From contig JAAYRJ010000052.1 in assembly GCA_012518845.1 (NCBI GenBank), positions 14,381 to 78,380 of the forward strand: DNA of 64,000 bases, given 5' to 3'. This DNA is from Clostridiaceae bacterium. Lineage in GTDB: Bacteria; Bacillota; Clostridia; Saccharofermentanales; DTU023. The notes beneath the pieces are model-generated. The model saw only the letters and a program-made list of their open reading frames with translations. It was not told the DNA's origin and made no database searches. This document shows positions 9,291 to 19,931 of this stretch, piece by piece; the first letter of the stretch is position 1; the number at the start of each line of letters is the position of its first letter. The position numbers and the translations under genes are program-made.

Positions 9291-9374
9291 TTAAAACTCC
9301 ATTTTGTAACAAATATGTAATAATAATACCATAAATTGATGTTTATTTATTTTTATATTTTTTTATTATATTGA

Positions 9375-10235
9375 TTATTTATTTTTATCAAATTGCGAAC
9401 GACGAATAGTCGATTTTTGCATCATTTTTCTTAAGCCATCTTGATCATTTTCGATTAAGGTAACTTTTATTTTATCTAATTCATTTTCGAATTCATTTAT
9501 ATGTTTTAATAAAAAATCCTTATTTAATAAAAATAGTTCTGACCACATTTGATCATTTATTTTTGCAATTCTTGTTAAATCACGGAAAGAATCACCTGTA
9601 TATGCTTTTAGATGCTCTTCATCATTACAATTCATCAATGCAATAGCAATACAATGTGTTAATTGTGAAAGAAAAGCAATGACATCGTCGTGATCTTCTG
9701 GTGTAATAAAGGCAATATTGGCAAAACCTAAGATTTCACCTAATTCTTGACAAATCTCTTTAGCCTTTTGCGTGTTGTTTTGAGTTGGCGTAATTAAAAA
9801 ATTAGCTTCACCAAATATTGAGTCATCACTATTCTCAATTCCATATTTTTCTTTACCTGCCATAGGATGCGAGGCGATAAATTCCACTTCCTGTGGTAAG
9901 GCTGTTTGAATTTTTTCAATAATTGGTATTTTTACACCCGTAACATCTGTAATAATAGTTCCAGGAGAGATAAGACTAGCATTCTCTTTAATCCAATCTA
10001 AAAATGTTAGTGGGTAGAGGGCAAAAATAATAATATCTGCATCCCCAATTAACTTTTGATCTATCTCTATGCTACCTTTATCGATATATTTATGTTTTAG
10101 AGCATAATCGAGCGGCTGTTGTTTATCGGAGAGAGCATAAACAGTATAACCTTTTTTACTCAAAGCCATAGCATAGCTGCCACCCATCAAGCCAAGTCCT
10201 ACTATCAAAAACTTTGTATCTTTTTTTATATGCAT
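9375..10235 (-). CDS. tyrA: Prephenate dehydrogenase
   Basis: Rossmann motif FLIVGLGLMGGSYA and SHPMAG motif. The ATG at 10235, with GAGGA 8 nt upstream, is preferred over the TTG at 10250. Confidence 0.88.
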   Translation of the reverse strand: MHIKKDTKFLIVGLGLMGGSYAMALSKKGYTVYALSDKQQPLDYALKHKYIDKGSIEIDQKLIGDADIIIFALYPLTFLDWIKENASLISPGTIITDVTGVKIPIIEKIQTALPQEVEFIASHPMAGKEKYGIENSDDSIFGEANFLITPTQNNTQKAKEICQELGEILGFANIAFITPEDHDDVIAFLSQLTHCIAIALMNCNDEEHLKAYTGDSFRDLTRIAKINDQMWSELFLLNKDFLLKHINEFENELDKIKVTLIENDQDGLRKMMQKSTIRRSQFDKNK

Positions 10236-10239
10236 AACA

Positions 10240-11520
10240 TCATTCCTCAACTATTTCTATATCAATCCCACAATTAGCTAGAACCTTGAAAAAATCTGGG
10301 AAACTTTTGTTGATAGCTGCTGCGCCTTCAATTGTTCCACCGTACAAACTAGCTAAGATTGCCAAAGACATTACTATTCGATGATCGTTATGGCCAAAAA
10401 GGGCTTGTTTTGGTTTGCTTAAGTTTGCCCTTTTTATTGTTACTTGATTTTCCTCAACTAAAATCTTTGCCCCAAATTTTTCTAATTCCATAGCCATAAC
10501 TTTAGCTCGATCACTTTCTTTGATGGCAAGACGTTTTGTATCTGTAAAAATAGCTCCATTTAAAGCTGCAGCAACAGTAAATGCTATAGGTGCTAAATCA
10601 GGACAATCAGCTAGTGAAATTATAGTATTTTCATCTTTTGCAGATGCTAGTTTATTAAAAATTTCTGGAAAAACTTTATCACCTTGTAAACTACTTTCTC
10701 TTAAATTCGTTACTTCAACTTTATTGTCAGACCTCAGGTAATTTAAAGCAGAAAAAAATGCTGCATTAGAGTAATCACCTTCAACTGTATGAATTCCAGC
10801 TTGATATTTTTGTCTGCCAGGAATCGTTAGCAATAAATCTTTATCTGGATTTATTTTATTCGGTTCAAGCTCAATCTGGATTCCGAAGGCTTTTAGAGCA
10901 TCTAAGGTTAGTAATAAATATGAAAGACTTTCAATTGGTGCTTTTATTTGAATACTGCTTGAATTATTATTCAAGGTTGGTAGAGCAAATAAAAGACCAG
11001 TAATGAATTGACTGCTAATATCACCTGGTATTTTATAATCATCAGATTTTAAATAACCTTTGACGAAGATTTCATTTTCTGACTTATTAAATTGAATTTC
11101 TGGATCTTTTAAAAAAATATCTTCATACACTGATAATGGGCGTTCAAATAGGCGTTTTTTACCTTGAAAAATAACAGGTTTATTAAATAATAAAGCAATG
11201 GGGATCAAAAATCGTAGTGTGCTTCCACTTTCATTGCAGTCTAGTTTTTGTGGTTGTGTCTCTTTATTTAAGTTATAAGCAGAATTGGTATCTAATTTAA
11301 TACCCCGAATTTTGATCACATCATTTTCCAAAGAGTATTGCGCACCCAATCCTTCAAGACAATTTAAGGTTGCTCTAATATCTTCACTTAAATCAATTTG
11401 CTTGATTTGACTTTTTCCCTCACTCAAAGCAGCAGAGATCAAAAGTCGATGGGCCATACTTTTAGATGGTGGAGCTTTAATTTTGCCGTTCGCAATACTT
11501 GGTGAAATTTTTACTATCAT
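10240..11520 (-). CDS. aroA: EPSP synthase (3-phosphoshikimate 1-carboxyvinyltransferase)
   Basis: PPSKSMAHR, GSTLRFL and DHRIVMSLAI motifs. The ATG at 11520 follows AAGGAAGGA; the TTG at 11526 is an alternative. Confidence 0.92.
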   Translation of the reverse strand: MIVKISPSIANGKIKAPPSKSMAHRLLISAALSEGKSQIKQIDLSEDIRATLNCLEGLGAQYSLENDVIKIRGIKLDTNSAYNLNKETQPQKLDCNESGSTLRFLIPIALLFNKPVIFQGKKRLFERPLSVYEDIFLKDPEIQFNKSENEIFVKGYLKSDDYKIPGDISSQFITGLLFALPTLNNNSSSIQIKAPIESLSYLLLTLDALKAFGIQIELEPNKINPDKDLLLTIPGRQKYQAGIHTVEGDYSNAAFFSALNYLRSDNKVEVTNLRESSLQGDKVFPEIFNKLASAKDENTIISLADCPDLAPIAFTVAAALNGAIFTDTKRLAIKESDRAKVMAMELEKFGAKILVEENQVTIKRANLSKPKQALFGHNDHRIVMSLAILASLYGGTIEGAAAINKSFPDFFKVLANCGIDIEIVEE

Positions 11521-11587
11521 TAACAATCCTTCCTTAATATTTTAATGATATGTTTGTTTTGTAGGGTAGCTAATAGAGATATATAAT

Positions 11588-12076
11588 TTATTGGCTATTT
11601 AGCTTTAAATATTCTTCTAATTCATAAAGAGCGTCTAAATAACCTTTAAAGCCTTGACCTGCGATAGTCTTGATACAAGCTGTCTCAACATAACTAATTT
11701 TCCTAAAATCTTCGCGTTCTTTTGGATTTGATATATGAACTTCAACTGTAGGAATAGCAACTGCTTTTAAAGCATCTAAGATGGCGACACTAGAATGAGT
11801 ATATGCAGCTGGATTAATCACGATACCATCATATTTAGCAAAATAGGCTTCTTGTATTTTATCAACAATATCTCCTTCATGGTTTGATTGATAAAAATCG
11901 ACCTGCCAATGTTTTTCTTTGGCAGTATCATTTATTAATTGAATTAAATCTTGATAAGTTTCTGAGCCGTAAATATTTTTCTCACGTATGCCTAAAAAAT
12001 TAATATTTGGTCCATTTATGATTAAAAAATGGAAATGTTCATGTTTGTTTTGTTCTTGAGATTTAGATATTGTCAT
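11588..12076 (-). CDS. aroQ: 3-dehydroquinate dehydratase, type II
   Basis: INGPNINFLGIRE, SNHEGDIVDKIQ and INPAAYTHSSVA motifs. The ATG at 12076 overlaps the end of the upstream fusion gene by 14 nt. Confidence 0.9.
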   Translation of the reverse strand: MTISKSQEQNKHEHFHFLIINGPNINFLGIREKNIYGSETYQDLIQLINDTAKEKHWQVDFYQSNHEGDIVDKIQEAYFAKYDGIVINPAAYTHSSVAILDALKAVAIPTVEVHISNPKEREDFRKISYVETACIKTIAGQGFKGYLDALYELEEYLKLNSQ

Positions 12077-13331
12077 TAAAATGTATTTCCTTAATCTTTT
12101 CTGCAAGTTGATCAGCTAAGTCATTTACAATAATAACTTCATTAGCTAAGTGTTGATAAATAGGATAGCGTTCTTGATATTTTTCTTCTAGATCTTCAAT
12201 TGAAGCAGTCAAAGGTCTGTCTTTTGTAGGTGTTAATTCTTCTAAAGCTCGGTCTAGAAAGTATATTTTAGAGTTTGCTTGTAAAGCCATCTGATTTTCT
12301 TTAGCTAGAATACTTCCACCTCCAGTTGCAATGATTTGACCTGATTGAGATGCAACTTCCTTAATAACTTCAGTTTCTTTTGCTCGAAAATATGCTTCTC
12401 CTTTTTTCTCGATGATTTTTGAAGGATGCATTTTTTCCTTTTCTTCAATCAAGTGATCAGTATCGATAAAAGAACGGTTTGTGATTTCAGCCAGCTTTAA
12501 ACCAACGGTGGTTTTGCCACTCGAGGGCATCCCGATTAAGACAATATTAGCCATTTGGGCTAAAAGCCTTTGATAAGCCTCGTCTTGTAGATCATTGGTT
12601 TTAAGATTAATTTTATTTTTTAGAAACAATTGTGAAGCATAATAAGCCTGCATAACTAGCATATAAAGTCCATTACAAGTTTTGATCCCTTTTTTTTCAG
12701 CTTCAAACATTAATTTAGTTTTTAATGGATTGTAAATTACGTCTACAACAGCTTCTAGATTTGAAAAAGAATCTAAAGATATGGGTGATTGATCGATATT
12801 TTCACCATACATACCAACAGGAGTGGTGTTGATGATCACTTGAATATCTTTTAGCTTCTCTGCCTCGGCGTAACTTATAGAATCGTCTGATTTAACTCGA
12901 CTAACTAAATAAACTTTTTTTGCTTTTAGTTTTTGGCATAAAACTTTTGCAGTCTTTGAAGTACCACCCGTACCAAGTATCAATACTTTTTTAGCTTCTA
13001 TTTCTATGTTGTTTTTCTCTAGTAGTGCGTTGAGACCTAATATGTCTGTATTGTAGCCAATTAATTTTTCGCCTGTTTTTACGATTGTGTTTATAGCCCC
13101 AATTTCTTTTGCTAAAGGATCAATCTCATCAAGGTAGGGTATCACCATTTCTTTATAGGGGATTGTGACATTAATTCCTTTAAAATTGGGCGTTCTAAAA
13201 AAATCTAACAGCTCTGATTTCTCTAATTGACAAAGCTGATAATCATAATCACCAAACATTTTATGTAAAACAGGTGAATAACTTTGTCCTAAGGGATTGC
13301 CAATAAGTCCATATTTAATTTTTTTTGACAT
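12063..13331 (-). CDS. aroE: Bifunctional shikimate dehydrogenase (N-terminal) / shikimate kinase (C-terminal)
   Basis: The N-terminal part has GLIGNPLGQSYSP, NVTIPYK, GYNTD and GTGGTSK. The C-terminal part has Walker A IGMPSSGKTTVG plus DTD and GGG motifs of AroK. It is one uninterrupted ORF. The ATG at 13331 follows GAGG; the ATG at 13343 is also possible. Confidence 0.88.
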   Translation of the reverse strand: MSKKIKYGLIGNPLGQSYSPVLHKMFGDYDYQLCQLEKSELLDFFRTPNFKGINVTIPYKEMVIPYLDEIDPLAKEIGAINTIVKTGEKLIGYNTDILGLNALLEKNNIEIEAKKVLILGTGGTSKTAKVLCQKLKAKKVYLVSRVKSDDSISYAEAEKLKDIQVIINTTPVGMYGENIDQSPISLDSFSNLEAVVDVIYNPLKTKLMFEAEKKGIKTCNGLYMLVMQAYYASQLFLKNKINLKTNDLQDEAYQRLLAQMANIVLIGMPSSGKTTVGLKLAEITNRSFIDTDHLIEEKEKMHPSKIIEKKGEAYFRAKETEVIKEVASQSGQIIATGGGSILAKENQMALQANSKIYFLDRALEELTPTKDRPLTASIEDLEEKYQERYPIYQHLANEVIIVNDLADQLAEKIKEIHFNDNI

Positions 13332-13358
13332 TTGTTGCCTCATAATTAATTTGTTGGT

Positions 13359-14477
13359 TTAATTTTTCAGATAATCAGTACCATATCTTAAAGCTAAAAA
13401 ATCGCAGATCACAAAAGCTGAGATAGAATTGACAACTTGTCTGATTCTATGAATTATTGCGGGATCATGTCTTCCCACTATTTCTAAATCTGTTGTCTCT
13501 AGAGTTTTGATATTTACAGTTTTTTGTTTTTGAGCAATTGAAGGAGTAGGTTTTATCACGGTAGAGAAAAGAATTGGCATACCGTTACTGATACCACCAT
13601 TAATACCTCCATTATTGTTAGAAGCAAACTTGATTTGGTCAATTCTATCAGCACTAGCGTCAATAGTAGGTGAATCATTTGCCTCACTTCCTTTGATTCT
13701 AGCAAATTGAAAGCCAGCTCCAAAAGCAATGGCTTTGACTGCTGGAATCGAAAATACAGCATGTGATAATAGACTTTCTATGCTATCGAAATAAGGTTCA
13801 CCTATACCTGCTTCAAGACCAAAGATAATGGTTTCTAAAATGCCACCGACACTGTCTTTTTGCGATTTTGCTTTTAAAATTTCAGCCTGCATTTTTTCGC
13901 CTTTAGCATCATCAATAACAGCAAATTGTTTGTTATTCAATTCTTCTAAAATATCTGCATGGTTTTCTTGCCCCAAAATAGTCTCGAAATCGCTATCAAC
14001 GATCCCAGCACATTCTTTAATATGTGATGCTATAATAATATTTTTTTCTTGCAAAACTTGTTCACAAATAGAACAGGCAGCAACTATTGCAGCAGTTACT
14101 CTACCAGAAAATTGCCCACCACCACGCCAATCCTGAAAGCCATGATATTTAGCATAGGCAGAATAATCAGCATGGCCAGGTCTTAAATACTCTTTTTGAT
14201 AATCTTTACTTCGCGTATTTTTATTAGGAATTATTATTGCTATTGGCGTACCAGTCGTCTTTCCTTCGAATACACCACTTAAGATTTGAAATTGATCTTT
14301 TTCTTTTCTTGATGTGGAAATCTGACCATGTGGTGCTCGCATAGCAAGTCTCATTTTGATAAAATCTTCGTCTATTTTTATTCCTGGTGCCATGCCTGTT
14401 AAAACAGCACCAATTGCTGGTCCATGACTTTCACCAAAAATTGTCAGATTAAGACTATTACCAAATGTGTTCTTCAT
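13359..14477 (-). CDS. aroC: Chorismate synthase
   Basis: FGESHGPAIG, RPGHADY and GRHDP motifs. Confidence 0.94.
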   Translation of the reverse strand: MKNTFGNSLNLTIFGESHGPAIGAVLTGMAPGIKIDEDFIKMRLAMRAPHGQISTSRKEKDQFQILSGVFEGKTTGTPIAIIIPNKNTRSKDYQKEYLRPGHADYSAYAKYHGFQDWRGGGQFSGRVTAAIVAACSICEQVLQEKNIIIASHIKECAGIVDSDFETILGQENHADILEELNNKQFAVIDDAKGEKMQAEILKAKSQKDSVGGILETIIFGLEAGIGEPYFDSIESLLSHAVFSIPAVKAIAFGAGFQFARIKGSEANDSPTIDASADRIDQIKFASNNNGGINGGISNGMPILFSTVIKPTPSIAQKQKTVNIKTLETTDLEIVGRHDPAIIHRIRQVVNSISAFVICDFLALRYGTDYLKN

Positions 14478-14487
14478 AATTTTTCTT

Positions 14488-15516
14488 TCAAATATTTTGT
14501 AATAAGGAAGCGATTTTTTGCTGAGATTCTTCTAATTTAGCTTTACATTCATCTAAGGTTAGATCTATTAACTGATACGAACCAATTTCTGGTACATAAA
14601 CAATTGTAATTTCATCACCACTCGTTTTTTTATCATGCAAGATAGCAGAAAAAATTTTATCTACACTTAAATTTGATTTAAGTGGTAAGTTAAATTGTTT
14701 TAAAATTTCAATTAATTTAGTTCGCACCTGATCTGAACAAAAATATAGCATACCCATGCCGATACATTCACCATGTAAATAATTACTTTGAACTTCAATT
14801 GCATGTCCAACTGTATGACCAAAGTTTAATACTTTACGCAAGTTTTTTTCTTTTACATCATTTTGGACAATATCTATTTTAATAGCCAAACTATCTGCAA
14901 TAATTTGCTTGATGTTTTCTTTCAAAGGATTATTTTTGATCAAATCAAATAAATTAGCATCAGAAGTAGCAGCCATTTTAATTGCTTCAACTAAGCCTGC
15001 GTTTGTCTCACGTCTTGATAAAGTTTCTAATACTAATGGATCAATAATAACTTTTTTAGGTTGATGAAAGGCACCGACTATATTTTTTAAATTGCAAAAG
15101 TCAATTGCAGTTTTACCGCCAACCGAAGAGTCAACTTGAGCCAAAAGGGTAGTTGGAATGTTATAAAAATCAATACCTCGCATATATGAAGCTGCTACAA
15201 AACCGGCTAAATCACCAACTACTCCACCACCTAGAGCAATGATGGCATCGCTTCTTGTAAATTGGTTTTTTACGAGTAATTTAAGTAGACTTTTATATTC
15301 AGCAAATGATTTGCTAGCTTCTCCTTGTTTAACAATTGCCAAGAAAACTGGATCACATTGTTGCATTACTTTATCCACGTACTGTTTTGGGATTCCATCA
15401 TCTGTGACCAACAATATTTTTCTTTTAACGTTTATGGCTTGATTAATGTTGGCTAAAGCATTATCTTCTAATAAAATTTCATAACTATCTTGAGCCAAAT
15501 TTACAGGAATTATCAT
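14488..15516 (-). CDS. aroB: 3-dehydroquinate synthase
   Basis: ALGGGVVGDLAGF, VDSSVGGKT and FGHTVGHAIE motifs. Confidence 0.93.
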   Translation of the reverse strand: MIIPVNLAQDSYEILLEDNALANINQAINVKRKILLVTDDGIPKQYVDKVMQQCDPVFLAIVKQGEASKSFAEYKSLLKLLVKNQFTRSDAIIALGGGVVGDLAGFVAASYMRGIDFYNIPTTLLAQVDSSVGGKTAIDFCNLKNIVGAFHQPKKVIIDPLVLETLSRRETNAGLVEAIKMAATSDANLFDLIKNNPLKENIKQIIADSLAIKIDIVQNDVKEKNLRKVLNFGHTVGHAIEVQSNYLHGECIGMGMLYFCSDQVRTKLIEILKQFNLPLKSNLSVDKIFSAILHDKKTSGDEITIVYVPEIGSYQLIDLTLDECKAKLEESQQKIASLLQNI

Positions 15517-15521
15517 TGTTT

Positions 15522-16634
15522 TTACTTTCTATATTCAACAAATGAGCCTACTACTTTGATATTGCGACAAGTCAATTGTAAGGCTTCTAACATTTCTTGA
15601 CCTTCATTGGAGTAGACATTGCCTTCTGATTCGGCATAAAAATAATATTGCCAGAGCAAATCTTTTTGTGGTCTGCTTCTTAAAGTTCTTAAGTTAAACC
15701 CATGTGCACCGATAATATTTAAAGCTCTGCCTAAGGAACCAGCTTCATTAGCAACAGTGAACATTAATGAAAAGTTCAACTCGGCATCTTTTTGCGTTGC
15801 TATATTTTGAGAAGCAGAAACAACTGCAAAGCGAGTAGTATTTGTTTTTCTTGTATTTATTCCAGAGGCAATAATCTCTAAACCAAATAAATTTGCACTA
15901 TCATCACTGGCAATTGCTGCGAGACTAGGATCGTTTTGCTCTGCCACATATTTCGCAGCAAAGGCGGTGTTTTCTGAATTTAATGTTTTTAAATTGTATT
16001 TATCAATAAATTCTGCACATTGACTCAATGCTTGAGGATGACTCATTACAGTTTTGATATCTGCTAATTTAGCACCAGGAACAGCAAGTAAATCATGTCC
16101 AATTTCTAATGAATAGGTGGCGTTAATAAATAAATTTCCAGAAAATAATAAATCGGCTACTTGTCCAACTTCTCCGGTTGAGCTATTTTCTAATGGTAAA
16201 ATAACAGCTTCACATTCGCCATTTTCTACTGCTTCATAAGCTAATCTAAAGTTTGGGTAGGAAACTTTTTTTGCAACAGGGAATAAATGATCAGCAGCAA
16301 TATAGGCAAAAGCACCTTCGGTTCCACAATACGCGACTCTCATACCTTCAAACAATAAAGTTTGGTAATTGCGTGAAATTCGCATAGTCTGTCTTAGAAA
16401 ATCTGCATAATAGCCTTGAAAATCAGAATGATTAAGCCAGGCGATATTCTCTTTTAAGACATAATCCTCACGTTTAGCATCTTTTACAGGTAGTCCGTGT
16501 GCTTGTTTATATTCTGCAATATCTTTAGATATCAACATTCTTTTTTCAAAAAGTTTAGCCATCTCACGATCAATTTTATTTATTTCTTGACGACTTTCTT
16601 TGATATCTTTTATATTCGTAATATCTTTTTTCAT
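15522..16634 (-). CDS. pheA: Chorismate mutase / prephenate dehydratase (P-protein) with a C-terminal ACT domain
   Basis: An N-terminal AroQ-class CM helix region (REEINKIDREMAKLFEKRM) is followed by a PDT domain (VAYCGTEGAF..., TRF) and an ACT-like tail (GSLGRALNI, ESEG). Confidence 0.88.
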   Translation of the reverse strand: MKKDITNIKDIKESRQEINKIDREMAKLFEKRMLISKDIAEYKQAHGLPVKDAKREDYVLKENIAWLNHSDFQGYYADFLRQTMRISRNYQTLLFEGMRVAYCGTEGAFAYIAADHLFPVAKKVSYPNFRLAYEAVENGECEAVILPLENSSTGEVGQVADLLFSGNLFINATYSLEIGHDLLAVPGAKLADIKTVMSHPQALSQCAEFIDKYNLKTLNSENTAFAAKYVAEQNDPSLAAIASDDSANLFGLEIIASGINTRKTNTTRFAVVSASQNIATQKDAELNFSLMFTVANEAGSLGRALNIIGAHGFNLRTLRSRPQKDLLWQYYFYAESEGNVYSNEGQEMLEALQLTCRNIKVVGSFVEYRK

Positions 16635-16736
16635 GATTCTCTCTTCTCTAATTTTATTTATTCCATACGACTTTTTTTAAACTTTAGATAAATTAATAAA
16701 GTATAATGAATAATTATACTTATTTTAGCGTAAAAA

Positions 16737-17936
16737 TTAAGTAATTTCAGATAATTGATAATAATTAGCTAATTTTGTAAAGGAATCTAGAGATTTCTCA
16801 ATTTGATCTGTTGAAACACAATAGCCAATTCTTACAAAACCTGGATGGCCAAAGCTATTACTGGGAACAAAATATAATTCAAAATCTCTTGCTTTTTCAC
16901 AAAATTCTTCTGCATCAGCAATAGGTGACTCCATGAACAAATAAAAAGCACCATCCGGATATACACAATTAAAGCCAATTTTAATCAAATGTTCATATAA
17001 TAAATTACGATTTTTTTCATAAATTGAAAAATCTGAAGTTAAGCCAATACAATCTTCAATCACCCTTTGAAACATTGATGATGCACAGACATAACCTAAA
17101 GCTCTGCCAGCTCCACAAATGGTTTTATAGACCATATCTGCATTTTTTGCTTTTGTTGAAACTAAAATATAACCAATTCTTTCGCCAGCTAAAGATAAAG
17201 ATTTGCTAAATGAATAAATTACAATAGAATTTTTATAATAATGTGTTACAAAGGGGACATCTTTACCATAGCTAATCTCACGATATGGCTCATCACTAAC
17301 CAAGAAGATCGGATGTCCATATTCATTTTCTTTTTTCTTCAATAGTTCAGCTAATTTTTGAATAGTTTTTTCAGAGTAAATTACACCGGTCGGATTATTA
17401 GGCGAATTGATTAAAACGATTTTTGTTTTAGGATTAATTGCTTTTTCTAGAAGATCAAAGTCAGGTAAGAAATTCTCTGGCTGGGTTTTTAGAGCTATTA
17501 ACTTTGCATTTGTGCTTTCAACAAAAACTTTATAATCTGGAAAAAATGGGGCAAAGGTAATTACTTCATCATCTTCATTTAAAAAAGCTTTAAAAGTAAT
17601 AGCTAGTGCTGCAGCAGCACCAGATGTAATATAAATTAGATCACTTTTGGCATCGCAAGAAAAAGTTTTATTCAAATAATTAGCAATGGCCTTTTTGGTC
17701 GTGGGGGCACCTGGACCGCTGGTATAGCCATGTAATTTCTCTGGAGGTATAGTATTTACTAATTCCTTAATCTTTTCTGTTACTTGTTTGTGAGTCGGTA
17801 TATTAGGATTGCCAATACTAAAGTCAAAAACATTTTCATCACCAATTTGTTGTTTTCTTTTTAAACCATATTCAAAAATTTCACGAATTACTGAGCTTTC
17901 TTGCCCGTATCCTAACATTCTCTTTGATAAAAACAT
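16737..17936 (-). CDS. Class I PLP-dependent aminotransferase (aspartate/aromatic type), first gene of the aromatic cluster
   Basis: SPNNPTG and SFSKSLSLAGERIGY (PLP-lysine motif). Specificity is inferred only from its position ahead of pheA. Confidence 0.8.
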   Translation of the reverse strand: MFLSKRMLGYGQESSVIREIFEYGLKRKQQIGDENVFDFSIGNPNIPTHKQVTEKIKELVNTIPPEKLHGYTSGPGAPTTKKAIANYLNKTFSCDAKSDLIYITSGAAAALAITFKAFLNEDDEVITFAPFFPDYKVFVESTNAKLIALKTQPENFLPDFDLLEKAINPKTKIVLINSPNNPTGVIYSEKTIQKLAELLKKKENEYGHPIFLVSDEPYREISYGKDVPFVTHYYKNSIVIYSFSKSLSLAGERIGYILVSTKAKNADMVYKTICGAGRALGYVCASSMFQRVIEDCIGLTSDFSIYEKNRNLLYEHLIKIGFNCVYPDGAFYLFMESPIADAEEFCEKARDFELYFVPSNSFGHPGFVRIGYCVSTDQIEKSLDSFTKLANYYQLSEIT

Positions 17937-18023
17937 ATTTAACCTTTCTATAACGTTCTATAATTAGATATAATTGTGATATGCTATTTGTTAATTGTAG
18001 CTAAAAAGGGAGAAAAGTAACAG

Positions 18024-18689
18024 ATGATCGATGCCGTAATTTTTGATTTGGATGGAACTATTTTAGATTCAATGCCAATGTGGAATAATTTTGGTAGAAA
18101 ATATTTAAAATCATTGGGAATTAAGGCAAGAAAAGGAATAGATGATGATCTTTTCACTTTGACACCAGAACAATCTGCTGAATACTTTATCTCTGAATAT
18201 GGTGTAAAAAAGACAGTTTCAGAAATGTTAGAAGAAATGAAAGCTATTTCTTACGGCTATTATCAAAATGAAGTAGAAATAAAAGCTGGTATCAGAGAGT
18301 TTCTTCAAGTACTATCAGAACAAGAAATTCCATTAGGTGTGGCCACTGTAACTAATCAAGCTTCAACTCGGGCAGGATTAACCCGAAACAATTTAATACA
18401 ATATTTTTCTACAATAATGACAGTAGATGATGTTGGTATAGGAAAGGAAAACCCTGCCGTTTTTTTAGAGGCAGCCAGATTACTGAAGGCGGATCCTCAA
18501 AAAAGTATTGTGGTAGAAGATGCACTACACGCAGTTAAAACAGCAAAATCAGCTGATTTTATAACAGTTGGTATCTATGATGAGGGTAATGAAAGTTTTC
18601 AAGCAGAGTTAAAAAATGCTTGTGATTTATATCTTAAAGACTATTCAAATCCCCGCGAAATTTTTGAATTATTAACTAGATTGTTTTAA
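18024..18689 (+). CDS. HAD-IA family hydrolase (beta-phosphoglucomutase/phosphatase-like)
   Basis: DAVIFDLDGTILDS motif I, a T/S motif and a VVEDA motif IV-like element. Confidence 0.8.
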   Translation: MIDAVIFDLDGTILDSMPMWNNFGRKYLKSLGIKARKGIDDDLFTLTPEQSAEYFISEYGVKKTVSEMLEEMKAISYGYYQNEVEIKAGIREFLQVLSEQEIPLGVATVTNQASTRAGLTRNNLIQYFSTIMTVDDVGIGKENPAVFLEAARLLKADPQKSIVVEDALHAVKTAKSADFITVGIYDEGNESFQAELKNACDLYLKDYSNPREIFELLTRLF

Positions 18690-18714
18690 AATGGTATGAA
18701 TTAAAGGTTGTAAC

Positions 18715-19914
18715 ATGAATGTTGGAATTTTTAAGAATAGAGATTTTACATTACTCTCAATAGGTCAATCAATTTCTAATTTGGCTCAATCCATGATTGT
18801 TTTAGCACAGTCACTCTTTGTACTAAAACTGGAAAGACCAGTTGTTGGTTTAGGAACTCTTTTGATTTTAATGGCTTTGCCGTGGATTATTTTTGGTCCA
18901 GTAGCTGGTTATCTTTCTGACAACTATAAGAAAAGAACATTTATTATTTTAAGTGATTTTTGTTTTGCTATATTAGCACTTGGCTTGATCGTAACTTCGT
19001 CAATTACGGTTTTTTATATAATTACATTTTTAAAAACTTGTGTTGATGTTTTCTTTAAACCAGCTTCAGGCAGTTATTTGCCGCATATCTTTGCCGGGGA
19101 CGAAAATCTTACTCAGGCAAATTCTATATATGCAATAATTGTTAACTTTGGTGTGCTATTAGGTCCTGTTCTTAGTGGATTTATTATTTCAAAATACACT
19201 GAACAAACCGTTTTTTTTATTGCAGCGATATTATTTGTCATTGCTTTTATTTCTCAATTGTTTTTACGTGAACCAGGTTTATCAGCAGATGACAAAAAGG
19301 AAAGAGGAAGTGTTTTTAGCAATATTAAATCAGGTCTAAAATTTTTAGTGGGTTATAAGGAATTACTTTACATTGTCTCTTTTGTTTGTCTTTCAGCTTT
19401 TGGTTTTGGTGCAATAAGTGTTATCTATCCTAATTATTTAAGAATAGACCTTGGTATCAGCGAAAGTTTGTATGGTACTTATACTGCTTTAATTAATTTT
19501 GGTGCACTGCTATCAGGGCTTTTATTAATTAGATTAGTAAGAAGATTAGGAGATATTAATGTTATCTTCCTTAGTTCGCTCTTATCAGGAGTCTTTTACT
19601 TTATACTTAGTTTTGGTATGAATTCCGGCATAATGGCAGTTATAATTTTATTGTTAGGTATAAGTAATGCAATGCTCTCTATTTGTAATGATATTCATCT
19701 TCAAATAGCAGTACCGCGTGAGAAATTAGGGAGAGTATATAGCATTGACACAGCTATATATCAAATAATTATGACTGCAGGTATTCTTTTTGCTACACTT
19801 CTTGGTGAATCAGCAGATAATTCATTTTTCCTGCGCTGGACTGCATTTGGTTTAATCATCTTTACGATTATAAGTACAGCTTATTATTTTAGAAAAAAAT
19901 ATTCTACCACCTAA
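18715..19914 (+). CDS. MFS transporter
   Basis: About 12 predicted hydrophobic helices with MFS-type loop composition. Substrate unknown. Confidence 0.7.
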   Translation: MNVGIFKNRDFTLLSIGQSISNLAQSMIVLAQSLFVLKLERPVVGLGTLLILMALPWIIFGPVAGYLSDNYKKRTFIILSDFCFAILALGLIVTSSITVFYIITFLKTCVDVFFKPASGSYLPHIFAGDENLTQANSIYAIIVNFGVLLGPVLSGFIISKYTEQTVFFIAAILFVIAFISQLFLREPGLSADDKKERGSVFSNIKSGLKFLVGYKELLYIVSFVCLSAFGFGAISVIYPNYLRIDLGISESLYGTYTALINFGALLSGLLLIRLVRRLGDINVIFLSSLLSGVFYFILSFGMNSGIMAVIILLLGISNAMLSICNDIHLQIAVPREKLGRVYSIDTAIYQIIMTAGILFATLLGESADNSFFLRWTAFGLIIFTIISTAYYFRKKYSTT

Positions 19915-19931
19915 ATTTAAAGGATCGGTAT

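Noticed and set aside
16497-16691. A Phe-rich small ORF (many F codons) near the pheA start, considered as a possible Phe leader peptide or attenuator.
   Set aside because: It is on the opposite strand to pheA and mostly overlaps the pheA coding sequence. Its F-richness is simply the antisense of Lys/Glu/Asn-rich AAA/GAA codons.
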